The notes beneath the pieces are model-generated. The model did no database searches, was not told the origin of the DNA, and worked only from the letters and a program-made list of their open reading frames with translations. The position numbers and the translations under genes are program-made. From Octopus sinensis (lineage: Eukaryota): a DNA stretch of 64,000 bases. The stretch lies in the NCBI RefSeq assembly GCF_006345805.1, contig NC_043022.1, forward strand, positions 2,170,001 through 2,234,000. The letters run 5' to 3'. This document shows positions 12,261 through 25,243 of the stretch, one piece after another (position 1 is the stretch's first letter; each line of letters begins with the position of its first letter).

Positions 12261-13407
12261 ATATATATATGTATAAAAATTATATATAAAAAATACAAAA
12301 TGGGACAAGAACGCAAAAGACACAAAGAGACGACACAAAAAAACAGACGGGTCATTCGAAGCCTCTAATCTTCAGTCAGGAACCAGATCGTCCTAGCAAA
12401 TTTCGGCTAATTAATCCTGATATCACTCAGATCCAGCCAGCCCCAAGGAAAAACTGAGCTCCGAGCATTAGATTTCTTGGAAAAAGGATCGAATGTAAAC
12501 GAAACAAGGACAGAAAAACGGACGATGCCACACAAATATAAATACAAAAAACAAAAATAAAATTAATAAAAACAAGAATGGTAATAACGGGACAAAAACA
12601 GCGTGTGTCTTACGATTTTAGACAATTGAACTTATATATATATATGTGTGTGTGTGTGTGTGGTGTGTGTGTATATATCAGGAGTGGCTGCGTGATAAGA
12701 AGCTTGCTTCCCAGCTACATGGCTTTGGGTTCAGTTCCACAGCGTGGCACCTTGGGCAAGTGTCTTCAACTATAGCCCCGGGCTGACCAAAGCCTTGTGA
12801 GTGGATTTGGTAGACGGAAACTGAAAGAAGCCCGTCGTATATATATATATATATATATATGGAGGCAATGGCTGAGTTTCTTTCAAGCGTTGGGCCCCAC
12901 AGATGCAAAATGGCTGAGTTCCTTTTGAACATTGGGACTGAGGGAGGCAAAGTGGCTGAGTTCCTTTCGAGTGTTGGGCCCCACGGTGGCAATGACCAAG
13001 ACCTTTGGTATTATGTTATGCTTGAGAAGAAGACCCATCAAACCGAGCAAAATTGCAGTCATGATAGATATTGGGGCCACACAAATGGCACCAGCAAAAT
13101 CAGTCGTGGTAGATACCAGTGTCACACAAATTGGCACATAAACGCACCCTGGTTTCACACAAATGGAACCTGTACTGGTGCCACGTAAAAAAAAACCATT
13201 ACACTCTCAGAGTGGTTGGCATTAGGAAGGGCATCCAGCTGTACAAAACCATGCCAAATCAGATTGGAGCCTGGTGCAGCCTTCCAGCATGCCATCCCAG
13301 TCAAACCATCCAACCCATGCCAGCAGGGACAACAAATATCAAATGATGATGATGATGATGAAGATGATATATTTACACACACACACACACACATACACAC
13401 ACACACA

Positions 13408-13626
13408 TGAGGTGGTGATGAAAGTTCCTGGTTTTGGGATAAATGAAAATACTGGAGGATCAGTTAATTATGATTTTATCCACCATATTCCCCTTTCAGA
13501 TTCACACACTTATTGCAGCAGTCCTTCAGTTTTTCTAAGCCCTGTAAAAGAACTGGGAAGGTTGAGAGCTTCTAACCGGGTCTTTTGCAATACCCTTAAA
13601 GCCAGGAACTTTTCAGCATCTCTTCA
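13408..13626. mobile_element. Mariner-derived MITE
   Basis: Inverted ends TGAGGTGGTGATGAAAGTTCCTGGTTTT / AAAGCCAGGAACTTTTCAGCATCTCTTCA. Confidence 0.7.
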
Positions 13627-13629
13627 TGC

Positions 13630-14150
13630 ATGTGTGCATGTGTGTATATGTATATATGTGTATATATGTATGTATATGTATGTATGTATATATATGTGTG
13701 TGTGCGAGTGTATATATATCTATGTGTATATATGTGTGCATGTGTGTATATGTATATATGTGTATATATGTATGTATATGTATGTATGTATATATATGTG
13801 TGTGCGAGTGTATATCTATGTGTATATATGTGTGCATGTGTGTATATGTATATATGTGTATATATGTATGTATATGTATGTATGTATGTATATATATATA
13901 TATGTGTGTACGAGTGTATATATATCTATGTGTATATATGTGTGCATGTGTGTATATGTATATATGTGTATATATGTATGTATATGTATGTATGTATATA
14001 TATATATATATGTGTGTACGAGTGTATATATGTGTGCATGTGTGTATATGTATATATGTGTATATATGTATGTATATGTATGTATATATATATGTGTGTG
14101 CGAGTGTATATATATCTATGTGTATATATGTGTGTGTGTGTGTGTGTATA
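13630..14150. repeat. (TA/TG) compound microsatellite with ~100-bp higher-order period (~5 units)
   Basis: TGTGTGCATGTG recurs at about 13631, 13733, 13829, 13940, 14031. Confidence 0.75.
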
Positions 14151-14153
14151 TGC

Positions 14154-14727
14154 ACATGAGAGCGTGCTGAAATATTCTTGCCTTTGGGTAAAAGAAAAGA
14201 CAGGATGAGGATCAGTTAATTATGATTTTATTCAACATATTCCCCTCTCAGATTCACACACTTATTGCAATGGTCCTTCAGTTTTTTAAGCTCTGTAAAA
14301 GAATCCTCGTATGTATATACATATATACACATGAGGGGGTGCTTGAAAAGTTCCTGGCTTTGGGTAAAAGAAAAGACAGGATGAGGATCAGTTAATTATG
14401 ATTTTATTCAACATATTCCCCTCTCAGATTCACACACTTATTGCAGTGGTCCTTCAGTTTTTTAAGCTCTGTAAAAGAATCCTCGTATGTATATACATAT
14501 ATACACATGAGGGGGTGCTTGAAAAGTTCCTGGCTTTGGGTAAAAGAAAAGACAGGATGAGGATCAGTTAATTATGATTTTATTCAACATATTCCCCTCT
14601 CAGATTCACACACCTATTGCAGTGGTCCTTCAGTTTTTTTAAGCCCTGTAAAAGAAGTCAGAAGGTAGGGCCTCCAACTAGGCCTTCCACGACACCATTC
14701 AAGCCAGAAACTTGTCAGCACCCCCTT
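14154..14727 (+). repeat. Tandem array of the mariner MITE, ~176-bp unit x2 plus one full copy
   Basis: CACATGAG(G)GGGTGCTTGAAAAGTTCC starts recur 175-176 bp apart; last copy ends AAGCCAGAAACTTGTCAGCACCCCC-TTA. Confidence 0.8.
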
Positions 14728-15219
14728 ATATATAACGTATAATTGAAAACTAAGATATATATAAGCCAAGATATAAATAATGGTTTTTATATAATCCATT
14801 GTCCTTGCAAATGCAACTGACAACTGTTTCCAGTGGTCCTTATAGATCTGTTCATTCATCTGTTTACTCAACCGGTCCCTTTAACCCTTTAGCATTCAGA
14901 TTACTCTGTCAAATGTAAAGCCCATTTAATCACATTGTTTTAAATTAATTGTACAGCATCTTGTAACTCTGAGATTTTGATGATGTCCCTGTTTATTTTT
15001 AGAATGACTTTGTAGGGTAAGTGTGAGAGGTCAGAGCTGGCTGGTTTGAGAATAAAACAGGAAGACAATTTTGGCCTGATATGGCCGGTTTAAACACAAA
15101 AGAGTTAACAGACTAATTTGAAGAGTAAAGGATTAAACTCTATCGTCCATCTGTGCACATTGCTTTCATCAATAATGTCTTCTCTCTTCAAGCCTTACAA
15201 TATGTTCCCCCTCACCAAG

Positions 15220-16430
15220 CCCTACAATGCACGCCCCTTCTCTTGACCATAAAACGCATGATTCTTTTCACAGACCTGCACTGTGTGTCTCCTTTTCCTA
15301 CCCTGCAACATGCACCCACTTCCAGTTTTACAATATGTGACCCCCTTCAACCAGCCCTACAATGCACTCCGCCCTCCCCAAGCCCTATAATGCACAGCCC
15401 CTTCTCTCAGCCCTACAATGCATACCTACTTCTCCTACCCAACAACAAGCCCCCCACTTCCAGTTTTACAATTTGTGACCCCCTTCAACCAGCCCTTGAA
15501 TAGTCCCCTCTCCTCAAGCCTTACAACGCACTCTCCTGTTACCAACACCTACAATGCATTCTGCCCTCTCCAAGCCCTATAATGCACAGCCCCTTCTCTC
15601 AGCCCTACAATGCATACCTACTTCTCCTACCCAACAACAAGTCCCCACTTCCAGTTTTACAATTTGTGACCCCCTTCAACCAGCCCTTGAATAGTCCCCT
15701 CTCCTCAAGCCTTACAACGCACTCTCCTGTTACCAACACCTACAATGCATTCTGCCCTCTCTAAGCCCTATAATGCACAGCCCCTTCTCTCAGCCTACAA
15801 TGCATTACTATCTTAGACTACAACAACAACCCCCACTTCCAGTTTTACAATTTGTGGACCCCCTTCAACCAGCCCTTGAATAGTCCCCTCTCCTCAAGCC
15901 TTACAACGCACTTTCCTGTACCAACACCTACAATGATTCTGCCTCTCTAAGCCCTATAATGCACAAGCCCTTCTCTCAGCCCTACAATGCATACCTACTT
16001 CTCCTACCAAAACAAGTCCCCAATTCCAGTTTTACAATTTGTGAACCCTTCAACCAGCCCTTGAATAGTTCCCCTCATCAAGCTTACAACGCACTCTCCT
16101 GTTACAACACCTACAATGATTCTGCCCTCTCGAGCCCTATAATGCACAGCCCCTTCTCTCAGCCCTACAATGATACCTACTTCACTAACCAAAACAAAGT
16201 CCCCACTTCCAGTTTTACAATTTGTGACCCCCTTCAACCAGCCCTTGAATAGTCCCCTCTCCTCAAGCCTTACAACGCACTCTCCTGTTACCAACACCTA
16301 CAATGCATTCCGCCCTCCCCAAGCCCTATAATGCACAGCCCCTTCTTTCAGCCCTACAATGTGCAGCTCCTTTCGCAGACCTACGCCATGTGTACCTTCT
16401 TTTTCTACCCTACAGCATGCACCCACTTCC
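15220..16430. repeat. ~190-bp satellite, ~5.5 units, built from GCCCTACAATGCA subrepeats
   Basis: CTTCCAGTTTTACAAT marker at about 15457, 15648, 15836, 16024, 16206. Confidence 0.9.
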
Positions 16431-16725
16431 AGTTTTATAACAAGTGACCCCGCTTCAACCAGCCCTACAATGTGTTTCTGGAGAAGACACCATTGACAAA
16501 AGCAATGTGCGCAGACGGATGACGGAGTTTAAGCGTTTAGCATTCGGGTTACTGTGTCAAACGTAAAGCAAACTTCTTCACATTGTTTTTAGTTAATCTT
16601 GCGTTATTTTGTAGCTTTGAGGGATTTCAACGGTGTCGTTGTTTGTTTTTCAAACGTGATTGTAGGGTAGGTGTGAGAGGCCAGATCTGGCTAGTTTGAC
16701 CATAGGACAGGCAGAATGTCTGGGC

Positions 16726-17472
16726 TTTTTACATGGAACCAGCACCAGTGCCTTTTATGTGGCACCAGCAGCAGTGCTTTTTATGTGGCACATGGCACCA
16801 TCACCAGTGCTTTTTATGTGGCACATGGCACCATCACCAGTGCTTTTTACGTGGCACCATCACCAGTGCTTTTTATGTGGCACCAGCAGCAGTGTTTTTT
16901 ATGTGGCACGTGGCACCATCACCAGTGCTTTTTACATGGCACAATCAGCAGTGCTTTTTATGTGGCACATGGCACCATCACCAGTGCTTTTTACATGGCA
17001 CAATCAGCAGTGCCTTTTATGTGGCACAATCAGCAGTGCTTTTTATGTGGCACATGGCACCATCACCAGTGCTTTTTACATGGCACAATCAGCAGTGCTT
17101 TTTATGTGGCACATGGCACCATCACCAGTGCTTTTTATGTGGCACCAGCAGCAGTGTTTTTTATGTGGCACATGGCACCATCACCAGTGCTTTTTACATG
17201 GCACAATCAGCAGTGCCTTTTATGTGGCACCAGCCGCAGTGCTTTTTATGTGGCACATGGCACCATCATCAGTGCTTTTTACATGGCACAATCAGCAGTG
17301 CTTTTTATGTGGCACCAGCAGCAGTGCTTTTTATGTGGCACATGGCACAATCACCAGTGCTTTTTATGTGGCACAATCACCAGTGCTTTTTATGTGGCAC
17401 CAGCAGCAGTGCTTTTTATGTGGCACATGGCACCATCACCAGTGCTTTTTACGTGGCACCAGCATCAACACC
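16726..17472. repeat. Minisatellite of 26-33-bp variant units (CAGTGCTTTTTATGTGGCAC...)
   Basis: Direct reading; unit core matches the GTGCTTTTTAYGTGSCACC motif of the RTE 3' UTR. Confidence 0.9.
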
Positions 17473-17974
17473 AATGCTTCGTATGTGACCTCTTCATTTT
17501 AGGAACTCATCATATTGTGGTAGGCAGGGGTCCACAGGGAAAAAATGGTTGAGAACCACTCTGCAAAAGAGCATTTCCTCTCCCAACATGTGCTATTTGA
17601 TTGACCTGAAACAAGTTATGCCCACCCATAGATTTCTTTCAGGGTTGGGTGTGGGGGTAACCCTCACATATAAAGCATTGTTTGTCTTTGACATACCTCC
17701 TTGGTATAAGGGTTAAAAGTAGGACATATACATATATATACATATATAGAAAAAAAAAACACAGAAATTAGGGCAACCCACCCTGTTTTGTAACTTAGCC
17801 AGTTGCTTCCTCTCCCCTACTATCTCCACCACTCCAAAGTGAGGAGTGTGTGTGGGGCGATGTGAGGGCGTGGTGGTGGTGGGGCAATGGGGCAGTGGAG
17901 TGGTGATAGTAACCTATAATGATGGCTGGGCAAAGTGGGTCAAAAGGAAATGTGTATAAATACAAGGAATGTAC

Positions 17975-18005
17975 CTTGATTTACTGTTTGATATCTTCAG
18001 GTTAT
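17975..18005 (-). CDS. Candidate 31-nt exon (xNLKISNSKS)
   Basis: ttttccatttaccctacatttcag|ATAACC...ATCAAG|gtacat; one open frame; donor weak. Confidence 0.2.
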
Positions 18006-18039
18006 CTGAAATGTAGGGTAAATGGAAAACCAGTTTGGT

Positions 18040-18680
18040 GGTTGCAGTGGTGGGGGTGGCAGTGGTAGTGGTGGTTGTAGGGGGTGGTGATTATGCCGAG
18101 GTGGTTGTAGTGGTGGCAGCGGTGGTAGTGGTGTTCATGGTGGTGGTGGTGGTGGTTATGATGGAGATGGTTGTAGTGATGGCAGTTGTGCTGGTAGTGG
18201 TGATGGTGGTGGTGGTTGTAGTGGTGGTGGTTATGGTGGAGGTAGTTGTAGTGGTGGTGGTGGTTGTGGTGGAGGTGGTTGTAGTGGTGGTGGTGGAAGT
18301 GGTTGTGAAGATTATGGTGAAGATATTAATGGGAAAGTAGAGAGAGTAAGGGTGAGTAGTGGGTTGGTGGTGGAGGTGATGGTGGTGGTAGTGATTGGGG
18401 TAGTGATGATGGTGGCAGCAGTGGTATTGTAGTTGTTGTTGTTGTTGGTGGTGGTGGTGGTGGCAGTAACAGCAGTGGAGTAACAGCAGCAACAGTAAGG
18501 TTAGTGGTGAGGGGTAGGGGTGGTGGGTAGTGTTGAGAGTAGTGGAGGTAGTGGTGGTGGTGGCAACAGTGGTACTACTGAAAAATGGTTGTGTTGCAGG
18601 AAGTATTAAAGTTGTGGTCATGGGAGAGGTCATGGTGGTGATGATGATGATGAGGATGATGATGATGTTGACATAGTGCT
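18040..18680. repeat. (GGT)n/(GTA)n/(GAT)n low-complexity tract
   Basis: Direct reading. Confidence 0.9.
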
Positions 18681-18763
18681 ATTAGAGAAATGGTGGCCAT
18701 AGTAGTAAGTAGTTGTGTATGTGTGTGTGTGTGCATGTGTGTGTGTGCATGTGTGTGTGTGCA

Positions 18764-18797
<34 letters not shown>

Positions 18798-19541
18798 GCA
18801 TGTGGTGGTGGTGGAGTATTAGAAGGAAGAAGAAGAAGAAGAAGAAGAAGAAGAGAAGAAGAAGAAGAAGAAGAAGAAGAAGGAGGAGAAGAAGAAGAAG
18901 AAGAAGAACAAGAACAAGAACAAGAACAAGAAGAACAACAACAACAACAGCAACAACAACAAGCGAAACAGACATATAGACAGACAGACAGACCCTTAGA
19001 AGAGAAAGAAGAAGAAAGAGAAAGACTGAAAGGAACCAACTTTGTTGTCCTTTAGCAATAAAAGCCATGAGTGAGAAAAAGGGAGACAGACACAGCTTGG
19101 ATAGAAGAAACAGGCACAGCCTTATAAGGGGACAAGCTGCCCCCGCCCACGTTCACATACAGACTTTACACAACCTATTGATTATTACATAGTGTGTTCA
19201 ATAATAATAATAATAATAATAATATAATAATGATAATAATAATAATAACAATAATATTAATAATAATGATAATAATAACAATAATAACAACAACAATAAT
19301 AATAATAATTCTTTTCTACTCTAGGCACAGTTAAAATAGATCCCCAGTACGCAACTTGTACCTAATTTATCGACCCTGAAAGGATGAAAGGCAAAGTCGA
19401 CCTCGGCGGAATTTGAACTCAGAACGTAAAGATGGACGAAGTACTGCTAAGCATTTCGCCAGGCGTGCTAACGTTTCTGCCAGCTCGCCGCCTTCCCAAT
19501 AATAATAATAATAATAACCACAATAATAATAATAATAATAA

Positions 19542-19870
19542 TAAGAGAACTCAGAGAGCACAAACCTCCGCCAAGGCAACACCAATGTCCTCTCGAAGAT
19601 TAGCCAGAGATGATTTTTAAAATGAGAAGATCTGAAATAAACTTGACTTCTCTCACAAACGAGAATACTAAAAATGAACCTGACCACTCTCAAAAATTAA
19701 GTAAAAAAACAGGAAAAACAATCCAGAATCCTTGTCCAGTACCGGATTGATCCCAAAATCTAACCAGTTCGTGCCAGTCATGAGGCCAAACATCCCTGAA
19801 AGTTTCATCCGAATCCATTCAGCGGATCTTGAGATATCTTGTCCCACAGACAAACAAACAAATGCCTGCT
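19542..19870 (+). mobile_element. Probable Helentron-associated (HINE/DINE-1-like) non-autonomous element
   Basis: Starts AAGAGAACTCAGAGAGCACAAACCTCCGCCAAGGC (CCTCCGCCAAGG subterminal motif); internal AAAGTTTCATCCGAATCCATTCAGC...GAGATATC...ACAGACAAACAAAC. Confidence 0.5.
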
Positions 19871-19980
19871 ATTGCCAGACAGTTATCAGAATAGAATGCT
19901 TTTATTTCACTTTTGTTTTATTCCATGTCAGACCATGTCTTCCTCGTTGGGTAGGACTTTTGATCAGAATAGATTTCTGT

Positions 19981-20306
19981 ATTCTGTTGTGTCTGGGGAG
20001 AGTCATTTTCTTTTTGTGCCTTATAATTTAACACACTCACCAGTAAAATTTCCACTTATTTCTTATTTTTATTTTCTAAAATTTTCGTTGTGTCTTGCAA
20101 CCTTTTCAATAGTATTTTAGGAAAATAAAAATAAGAAATAAGTGGAAATTTTACCGGTGAGTGTATTTTCAAGACTATTGAAAAGGTTGCAAGACACAAC
20201 GAAAATTTTAGAAAATAAAAATAAAAAATAAGTGGAAATTTTACCAGTGAGTGTGTTATATTATAAGGCACAAAAAGAAAATGACTCTCCCCAGACGCAA
20301 CAGAAT
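19981..20306. mobile_element. Fold-back MITE, 133-bp inverted arms
   Basis: 19981-20113 is the near-perfect reverse complement of 20174-20306; the 60-bp spacer copies part of an arm. Confidence 0.85.
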
Positions 20307-20419
20307 ATGCTTCAACACACGAAATCATATAAAGAATCTTGCAAACCAAATCCCAAAACGAAAGATTTCTGTATTATTTGGGGCAATCTATGTCTTGGTA
20401 AATGAAGTTTTTTAGGAAT

Positions 20420-20615
20420 TCCATTTGGCCAAAGATGTAAAGATCTTTCATACTTCCTACTCTTGAACACCCAAATGCAAAGCTCACTATTGGTGCAGCA
20501 GGAATCTTCAAAGTGTGAACTGGCAACTGAAAATGTTTGTTCTTACAATTTGTTGATGTCATGGCAAAACTAAGACTCACTGGCAGTTGCAGTCGTTTGA
20601 ACTGAAATGGGTTAT
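20420..20615 (-). pseudogene. Helitron RepHel/PIF1-type helicase C-terminal remnant
   Basis: PFQFKRLQLPVSLSFAMT, frameshift, INKL*EQTF, then GCSRVGSMKDLYIF; matches the Helitron helicase pattern PFxFKRLQFPVxLAFAMTINKSQGQ...CSRVG. Confidence 0.8.
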
Positions 20616-20664
20616 CGTCTCCTGTGTTTGTGTGATAGAGACTCTTGTGCACTTTATTATCTAA

Positions 20665-21058
20665 CTAGCAGTATCGCCCAGCGTTGCTCGGGTTTCTTTC
20701 GACCCTTTAGAATTGGAATTTTTGAAAAGTAAAGATTTTGCATGATGTAGCTTGTTATTCTCTTTAAGTGAACATTTTTCTGGTTGAAATACAGCGAAAA
20801 ATGGCGACACAGCAGTAAAAAAAAATCGTAAAAAATAGGGATTTTCATAGAAAAAAAGCACCTTTTTGATGTAAATAATTTTTGGTGTTAACATGGTCTG
20901 ATTTGAATTTTCTTTTCTACGGAAGGAAGAGTAAGTCGTCTTCTATCATACTCTCAATTTTGGTCAACTTGCACCGCAGGATCTCGGAGGAGATAGTGTT
21001 AGTTGAAGGCTACCAAACCTGCCATACACAGACAACTTCAGCTTTATATATAGAAAGA
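20665..21058 (-). mobile_element. Non-autonomous Helitron (394 bp)
   Basis: Minus strand A|TCTTTCTATATATAAAG...CCCGAGCAACGCTGGG hairpin...TACTGCTAG|T: TC start, subterminal hairpin, CTAG end, AT target. Confidence 0.8.
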
Positions 21059-21475
21059 TTGACGCATCATATGCTTGGAGAGAGACAGATAGAGAGAGGG
21101 GATCTTTTCTGTTGCTATCACAGATTTTCAAATTTTAAAATAAAGTGAAAATTTTCAAATTTGGTACATTGATGTAATTTTACATGCTGAATCTGATTAC
21201 ATTACTCACTCATTTCAGAAACATTTTAGAAAAAATATTATAAATGTTTAAAATTTGGTCATTTTTACACAGCCAGAAAACAGAATTTGGAAGTCAGCAT
21301 TTCCTACGTGATAGCTATCACAAAATGAAAGCAAACATTACGGTGATGAAGTTTTAAGCAAAATAAAAGCATATCGAAAGAGGTGGGGGGCAGTATTCAT
21401 AAGAGAGATACATATGCAGAGGAAGGAGGGTGAGAGAGTGTGGTGAATATCTATAGAGAGGGGGAAAAACATAAA

Positions 21476-21529
<54 letters not shown>

Positions 21530-21719
21530 AGGTTTAGCAAATCTGAAAGTTGAGTTATTTTTTGATTATTATTTCTGGAAACCTTCTTTTTGGGACAAAG
21601 ATTTTTGAAAATGAAATGTTTTTTTTTTTTTTTTGAGAATGTTCAAAGCCTTTCAGAGCTATAGACATATACATACACTCTCATTTAAATATATATACAC
21701 ACATATACATATGTATATA

Positions 21720-22090
21720 CTCTTTTTACTCTTTTACTTGTTTCAGTCATTTGACTGCAGCCATGCTGGAGCACCGCCTTTAGTCGAGCAAATCGACCCC
21801 GGGGCTTATTCTCTGTAAACCCAGTACTTATTCTATCGGTCTCTTTTTGCCAAACCGCTAAGTGACGGGGACGTAAACACACCAGCATCGGTTGTCAAGC
21901 AATGCTAGGGGGACAAACACAGACACACAAACACACACACACATACATATACATATATACATATATACGACAGGCTTCTTTCAGTTTCCGTCTACCAAAT
22001 CCACTCACAAGGCATTGGTCGGCCCGGGGCTATAGCAGAAGACACTTGCCCAAGATGCCACGCAGTGGGACTGAACCCGCAACAATGTGG
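21720..22090 (-). mobile_element. SINE family A, full length
   Basis: Head, (TA)(TG) microsatellite and tail ending GAAACAAGTAAAAGAGTAAAAAGA. Confidence 0.85.
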
Positions 22091-22130
22091 TATATATAAT
22101 ATATATAGAGAGAGACAGAGACATATATAC

Positions 22131-22169
<39 letters not shown>

Positions 22170-22955
22170 TACGTATATACACATACATGTATATGTATAT
22201 ACATCATAATCATTTGATATGCATAGGTATGTATATATATATATACCCATATACATATAGGTACATATGCATATATGTCTCTCTCTCTCTCTCTATACAT
22301 ATATATATATATATATATATATGTTTGTGTGTGTGTGCATATATATATATACACATAAATATATATTATACACACACATACACATGCATAATATACATGT
22401 GTGCACATGCTTGTGCACATATGTGTATTTGTGTGTGTGTGTGTGTGTGCATGCATGCACACATGGTACTTCTAAGCTAATCTAATTCCACCATCTCTAC
22501 CTTAAAAAAAATCTCTCTTCAGAAGAAAGAAAGGAAAAACATTTTTTTTTTGAGGAAAAATCAAACAAAACAAAACAAAAAAATCAGAAAAAAAGATATA
22601 AAAACAAAAGAAAAAAAAACAAACAAAATGGAAATCTTTGAAATATGAAAAAAAAAAAATTAAAGAAAGATCAAGGTTTTGTTTATTCGTATTTTTGTTT
22701 ATTTGTTTCTTGGGTTTTGTTGGTGCTTTTTTGTTTTTGTTTTATCTGTAAACATTATTATTTGTATTTTTTTATTTTGTTTACTGTCCCCTTTCATTTG
22801 ATGTCATAGAGACAGTGAGGGAATCAGAAGGGAGGAACTGCTGCTGCTGTTACTGCTGCTGCTGCAGGTGGTGGTGGTGGTGGTGGTGGTGACATAGTTG
22901 GGAATCAGGGTATAGATTGAAAAGAAAAGTTTCACACAACCAGCAAGAACAAATC

Positions 22956-23540
<585 letters not shown>

Positions 23541-24720
23541 TACAAGGTCGTATCAAAAGGTTCCCAGACTGGTTCTGTTTAATAAAAAAATAACTTATTT
23601 AGGTACCTAAGTTTTGACATCATCTCCTTCGAAATAGTCCCCTTGCACACCAATACACTGGTCCCGGTGTTCCTGTCACTTGGAATCCGGCCTGGAAGAC
23701 GTTTTTTGTGAGAGAGTTGAGGACCTTCCGCGATTCGCTCTGGATCTCAACAACGGGAGTAAAACAGTGAGCTTTGAGCTGTAATTTCATCTTGAGGAAG
23801 CGATGGAAGTCAACAGGTGCTAAATCTGGTGAAGAGGACAGGTGCTAGCATGATATCATATTTTTTTCTGAGAAACTCATGAGTGAGGACAACTCAGCAA
23901 CAGGAAGCAATGTTGTCGTGAAGAATCCAATTTGACATGCTCCAAAGGCGCAGGAGTGGCTGTGTGGTAAGTAGCTTGCTTACCAACCACATGGTTCTGG
24001 GTTCAGTCCCACTGCGTGGCATCTTGGGCAAGTGTCTTCTGCTATAGCCCCGGGCCGACCAATGCCTTGTGAGTGGATTTGGTAGACGGAAACTGAAAGA
24101 AGCCTGTCGTATATATATGTATATGTGTGTGTGTGTGTATATGTTTGCGTGTCTGTGTTTATCCTCCCAACATCGCTTGACAACCGATGCTGGTGTGTTT
24201 ACGTCCCCGTCACTTAGCGGTTCGGCATAAGAGACCGATAAAATAAGTACTGGGCTTACAAAGAATAAGTCCCGGGATCGATTTGCTCGACTAAAGGCGG
24301 TGCTCCAGCATGGCCGCAGTCAAATGACTGAAACAAGTAAAAGAGTAAAAAAAGAGTAAAGATCTGCTTACTTTTGCCAAATGTCCTCTCCCGACTGCTT
24401 CAAAACATTGCAGTAAAACTCTCGATTGACAGTCTGCCCCTGGGGGAATGAATTCTCGATGCACAATACCATGGATGTCAGAAAAAACAATGAGCATGAT
24501 TTTGACTGAGCTGCACTTCTTTGGTGCCTTCTTCGGGGGTAGAGATGAAGGGCTCTTTTATTGCAATGACTATTGCTTCATTTCAGGGTCATATCTGTAG
24601 ACCCACCTCTTGTGGACCTGAGAGTTCAGAGAGATCATCCTTTATTGTCGTTGCAAATTCCCAGGTCTGCAGGTGGTCGGGCTGTGCAGATGGAGATCTT
24701 GATAGATTGCAATGCAATGT
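23541..24720 (-). pseudogene. Decayed mariner (D,D34D) transposase with terminal repeat, split by a SINE-A
   Basis: Minus strand WVYRYDPEMKQ...KIMLIVFSDIHGIVHREFIPPG (24360-24720) and ILHDN...SPDLAPVDF...KMKLQLK...GDYFEGD (23607-23948); end TA-CAAGGTCGTATCAAAAGGTTCCCAGACT; stops and frameshifts present. Confidence 0.9.
23951..24359 (+). mobile_element. SINE family A, full length, nested in mariner
   Basis: Near-consensus head, microsatellite and tail. Other near-full copies: 37880-38265, 40507-40910, 40933-41344, 45745-46084, 52458-52889(-), 59525-60238(-, interrupted), 60843-61497 (interrupted). Confidence 0.9.
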
Positions 24721-24872
24721 TCCTTCTGCCCTAACCACTAAGCCATGTGTTTTCACAGGTGCACACACACACACACACACATATATATATAATATCACAT
24801 TATCGTTGTTTAACGTCCGCTTTCCATGCTGGTATGTGTTGGACGGTTTGACTGAGGGCTGGCAAGCCAGAC

Positions 24873-24918
<46 letters not shown>

Positions 24919-25212
24919 CAGGATCACCGTGACCGACCAGGCTATCAGATGTTGCTACACATCACTAGTCACAATGCACTTCGCATTGTTTTAGCCTTCA
25001 AATGACCCCACCCCGCTGACTAGGCGAGCAGGCCACCAGAAGAAAGAATGAGAGAAAGTTGTGGCGAAAGAGTACAGCAGGGATCGCCACCACCCCCTGC
25101 CGGAGCCTCATGGAGCTTTAGGTGTTTTCGATCAATAAACACTCAGTCTGGGTATCGAAACCGCGATCCTACAACCGCGAGTCCGCTGCCCTAACCACTG
25201 GGCCATTTCACC

Positions 25213-25237
<25 letters not shown>

Positions 25238-25243
<6 letters not shown>

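Noticed and set aside
12290-12640. Possible hammerhead in PLE-like repeats here and at 1525-1680 / 9190-9265
   Set aside because: CTGAAGA/CTGAGTGA and CGAAA fragments exist but I could not build consistent helices I-III.
16696-17552. Three overlapping 250-280 aa repeat-protein ORFs
   Set aside because: Minisatellite lacking stop triplets; all three frames are open.
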